A stretch of DNA of 11,459 nt from positions 1 through 11,459 of the forward strand of contig JAYGFR010000254.1 in the NCBI GenBank assembly GCA_046581755.1, given 5' to 3'. Each line of letters begins with the position of its first letter. Within the stretch, counting starts at the first letter, position 1. Source of the stretch: Nitrospinota bacterium. Its GTDB lineage: Bacteria > UBA8248. Below the pieces are notes generated by a model, which did no database searches, was not told the DNA's origin, and worked only from the letters and a program-made list of their open reading frames with translations. Positions 8,677-11,459 of this stretch are shown piece by piece. Position numbers and translations under genes: made by a program.

Positions 8677-8769
8677 AGGCCGCCCCCGATGGGCGGGCGG
8701 GATGGTTTGAGAAACGGTTTCATCGAGAGGCCGCCGGCCCGGACGGGCTTTTAACGAGACTAGGCGATC

Positions 8770-9783
8770 ATGGCAAACGAGCCCAGAAGCACAGAAATCG
8801 ACTCAGCGGACGATTCCTTCCTCGCCGATGACGAGGAAAAGGCACCCGCTCCAGCGGCGCCCACCGGCACCGAGCAGGACACGGCGGAACTGGGGGATGC
8901 GGAGGATGAGCCGCCGCCCAAACCCGCCGCTGAAGAGCCTCCTCCCTCCCTCGTGGAAGAAGTCCCGGAGGAAGAAGAAGAAGATGAGGCCCCACCGGCC
9001 AAGAAGCGCCGAAAAACGGGCCCTTCCGTTCTCCACTATTATGCGATTCCGGTCGTCGGCGTGGTGTTGACCATGTCGCTGGGCTGGGCGCTCGCCTTCC
9101 TCGCCCGCCGGGGCCTGAAACCCCCGGTCGAGCCGGTCAAGACCGCGAAGGCCGAAAAAAAGCGAGTCCTGCCCGAGCCGAAACCGGTCAAGAACCCCAA
9201 GCGGGACCTTCGGACGCTGCGCCTCCCCCAGCGGGAGACGAAAGAGGGCTCCTTGAAAGACCGGGAGGGGACGTTCATCGTCCGGATCGACGAGCCCGTT
9301 CCCAAAAAACCGGCCTCGCCCCGGAAGCAGTTGCGAGCCGCCTCGCTGGACCCGCCCCCGAAGCAGCTGCGGGCCGCTTCGCTGGACTCGCCCGAGGAGC
9401 CGCCCCGGAGGAAGCTGCGGGCCGCCTCGCTGAGCCCGCTCAAACCCGTGGATACCGGCGAGACGCTGGTCGTTTCGGTGCGGCATCCGTTTTTTATCCC
9501 GCTCCGGGGAGACGGGCGGCGGCGCGGTGCCTCGAGTACGGTGTTCCTGAATTTCTCGGTAAACCTCCTGGTGTCGAGCAAGGCGGCGGCCTCGGAATTC
9601 AATACCAAGCGTGCCCCCATCCGGGAGATTATTTACCTCCATTACGCCCGCCTGTCGCCCAGCGATCTGTCCACGCCCGGAAGGCGCGAGCGCGCCCGCC
9701 GCAGGCTCGTGGCGAAGCTCGATCGGCGAATCGTCCAGGGGAAAGTCCGGGGCATTCTTTTCCAGGAATTCTATACCCGCTAG
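8770..9783 (+). CDS. Single-pass membrane protein with C-terminal FliL-like domain
   Basis: Acidic disordered N-terminus, one hydrophobic helix ([23 protein letters not shown]) and a basic Pro-rich linker. The C-terminal ~100 aa follow the FliL pattern PFFIPL...FLNFSVNL...PIREII...DLSTPG...[11 protein letters not shown]. Confidence 0.7.
   Translation: MANEPRSTEIDSADDSFLADDEEKAPAPAAPTGTEQDTAELGDAEDEPPPKPAAEEPPPSLVEEVPEEEEEDEAPPAKKRRKTGPSVLHYYAIPVVGVVLTMSLGWALAFLARRGLKPPVEPVKTAKAEKKRVLPEPKPVKNPKRDLRTLRLPQRETKEGSLKDREGTFIVRIDEPVPKKPASPRKQLRAASLDPPPKQLRAASLDSPEEPPRRKLRAASLSPLKPVDTGETLVVSVRHPFFIPLRGDGRRRGASSTVFLNFSVNLLVSSKAAASEFNTKRAPIREIIYLHYARLSPSDLSTPGRRERARRRLVAKLDRRIVQGKVRGILFQEFYTR
9325..9438 (+). 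repeat. Three imperfect copies of (K/R)(Q/K)LRAASL(D/S) in the FliL-like linker
   Basis: Units start at about 9325, 9361 and 9409 (periods 36 and 48 bp) and differ at synonymous positions. Confidence 0.9.
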
Positions 9784-9790
9784 AAAAAAG

Positions 9791-11326
9791 ATGCGTGAGC
9801 AACTTCTGATTCTCGATTTTGGCTCCCAGTACACCCAGCTGATTGCCCGCCGGGCGCGGGAGCTGGGCGTTTACTGCGAGATCCATCCCTGCACCGCGCC
9901 GTGGGAGGGCCTGATCGGCCCCGAAACGCGGGGGGTGATTCTCTCGGGCGGGCCCTCGAGCGTGTACGACGAGGACGCCCCCCTCGTCGATGCCGCCCTC
10001 TTCCGGAAAGACATTCCCGTTCTCGGAATCTGCTACGGCATGCAGGTCATGACCCACCTTTTGGGTGGGCGCGTGGGAGCCGTGCGAGAGCGCGAGTACG
10101 GGCGGGCCGAGATCGTGGTGGACGAGGCCGAAGGAATCTTCGAGGGCTCCCCGGGCCGCGAGACGGTCTGGATGAGCCACGGCGACTCCATCGAGGAGCC
10201 GCCCCCCGGTTTTCGCCCGCTGGCCCATTCGAACGGCTCGCCCGTCGCCGCGATGGCCTCGGAGGACGGCCGCCTCCACGGCATCCAGTTTCACCCCGAG
10301 GTCGTCCACACCCCGCGCGGCAAGGAGATTCTCAAAAACTTCGTGACCGGCGTTTGCGGGTTCGCCGGCGACTGGACCATGCGCTCGTTCATCGAGGAGT
10401 CGATCGAGCGCGTCCGCGAGCGGGTGGGCGATGCCCGCGTGCTCTGCGGCCTTTCGGGCGGGGTGGATTCCTCCGTCGCCGCCATGCTGGTTCACCGGGC
10501 CATCGGAGACCGGCTCACCTGCGTATTTGTCGATAACGGGTTGCTCCGGAAAGGGGAGGCGGATGAAGTCACCCGGACCTTCGGGCGGCGCCTCGAGGTC
10601 AACCTGTGCGCCGTCGATGCGGCGGATGAATTTCTCGGCGCCCTCGCCGGGGTGACCGACCCCGAGCAAAAGAGAAAGCGCATCGGGGAGACCTTCATCC
10701 GCGTCTTCGAGCGCGAGGCGAAGAAACTCGGCGATTTCCGGTTTCTCGCCCAGGGCACCCTCTACCCGGACGTGATCGAAAGCGTATCGTTCAAGGGCCC
10801 CTCGGCCGTCATCAAGAGCCACCACAACGTGGGCGGCCTCCCGGAGCACATGGACTTCGAACTCCTGGAGCCCCTGCGCGAACTCTTCAAGGACGAGGTC
10901 CGCGCCGCGGGCGAGGAGCTGGGACTGCCCCGCGATATCCTCTGGCGCCACCCCTTCCCGGGCCCCGGGCTGGCCGTGCGCATCCTGGGCGAGGTGACCC
11001 GGGAGCGGGCCGATACCCTCCGCGAGGCCGACGCCATATTCATCGCCACCCTCCGGGAGATGGGCTGGTACGACAAGGTCTGGCAGGCCTTCGCCGTCCT
11101 CCTTCCGGTCAACACCGTCGGCGTCATGGGCGACGCCCGAACCTACGAGAACGCCCTCGCCCTCCGCGCCGTCGACAGCCAGGACGGCATGACTGCAGAC
11201 TGGTCGCGCCTCCCGCACGATCTCCTCGACGCTGCCTCCCGGCGGATCATCAGCGAGGTGCGCGGCGTCAACCGCGTCGTCTACGACATATCCTCCAAAC
11301 CGCCGGGAACGATCGAGTGGGAATGA
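9791..11326 (+). CDS. guaA: Glutamine-hydrolysing GMP synthase, 511 aa
   Basis: Motifs [62 protein letters not shown] and KPPGTIEWE. The ATG at 9791 is 7 nt after the upstream stop. Confidence 0.98.
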   Translation: MREQLLILDFGSQYTQLIARRARELGVYCEIHPCTAPWEGLIGPETRGVILSGGPSSVYDEDAPLVDAALFRKDIPVLGICYGMQVMTHLLGGRVGAVREREYGRAEIVVDEAEGIFEGSPGRETVWMSHGDSIEEPPPGFRPLAHSNGSPVAAMASEDGRLHGIQFHPEVVHTPRGKEILKNFVTGVCGFAGDWTMRSFIEESIERVRERVGDARVLCGLSGGVDSSVAAMLVHRAIGDRLTCVFVDNGLLRKGEADEVTRTFGRRLEVNLCAVDAADEFLGALAGVTDPEQKRKRIGETFIRVFEREAKKLGDFRFLAQGTLYPDVIESVSFKGPSAVIKSHHNVGGLPEHMDFELLEPLRELFKDEVRAAGEELGLPRDILWRHPFPGPGLAVRILGEVTRERADTLREADAIFIATLREMGWYDKVWQAFAVLLPVNTVGVMGDARTYENALALRAVDSQDGMTADWSRLPHDLLDAASRRIISEVRGVNRVVYDISSKPPGTIEWE

Positions 11327-11372
11327 TCTATACAAAATAAAGTCAATTATAACAATGACTTAACAATACCAC

Positions 11373-11401
11373 TTGACTTCCAACTTACTTCTAACTAACA
11401 T
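11373..11401 (+). promoter_or_regulatory. Sigma70-type promoter pointing out of the window
   Basis: TTGACT (11373-11378), a 17-bp spacer, then TAACAT (11396-11401), overlapped by the first repeat pair. Confidence 0.5.
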
Positions 11402-11448
11402 ATAAATCCGTTGGTTAGAGGGTATTACTTCTAACTTACCTACTAACT
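11376..11448 (+). repeat. ACTTCTAACT-type direct repeats in two tandem pairs
   Basis: ACTTCCAACT at 11376, ACTTCTAACT at 11387 and 11427, CCTACTAACT at 11439, and an inverted partial copy GGTTAGAG at 11413. Confidence 0.8.
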
Positions 11449-11459
11449 AAAATCATCAT

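Larger units (their letters stand above)
11315..11459 (+). mobile_element. Probable attL end of an element integrated at the guaA 3' end
   Basis: GAGTGGGA core at 11315-11322 followed by an abrupt switch to AT-rich DNA. IHF-like TAACAATGACTTA at 11350-11362, then tandem CTAACT-type repeats. Confidence 0.65.

Noticed and set aside
8678..8700. Intrinsic terminator after guaB (CCGCCC/GGGCGG hairpin)
   Set aside because: The stem is short, expected by chance at this GC content, and has no U tract.
9611..9790. N-terminal extension of the 571-aa GuaA ORF
   Set aside because: It overlaps the FliL-like gene, and GuaA homology starts at [14 protein letters not shown] (9791).

Overview
The window is a GC-rich (roughly two-thirds GC by eye) bacterial housekeeping block of about 9.8 kb. 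It has recD2 and mazG on the minus strand, diverging from mutL, guaB, an orphan fliL-like gene and guaA on the plus strand. Both ends switch abruptly to AT-rich DNA that looks like integrative-element junctions. The right junction follows the guaA 3' end, a known integration hotspot, and has an IHF-like palindrome, tandem arm-type repeats and a promoter. The left junction abuts the recD2 tail. It has a near-identical IHF-like palindrome, TACACA repeats, an isolated tRNA 3' half, TAGAAC repeats, a 221-aa putative regulator and a truncated GNAT gene. The first 18 nt are Illumina adapter. The best leads are NrdR-like boxes at the mazG/mutL divergent promoter with no ribonucleotide reductase nearby, the compound att-like structure at the recD2 end, and the extended FliL-like protein between guaB and guaA. 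No integrase, CRISPR array or complete RNA gene is visible, and no complete new system is demonstrated.
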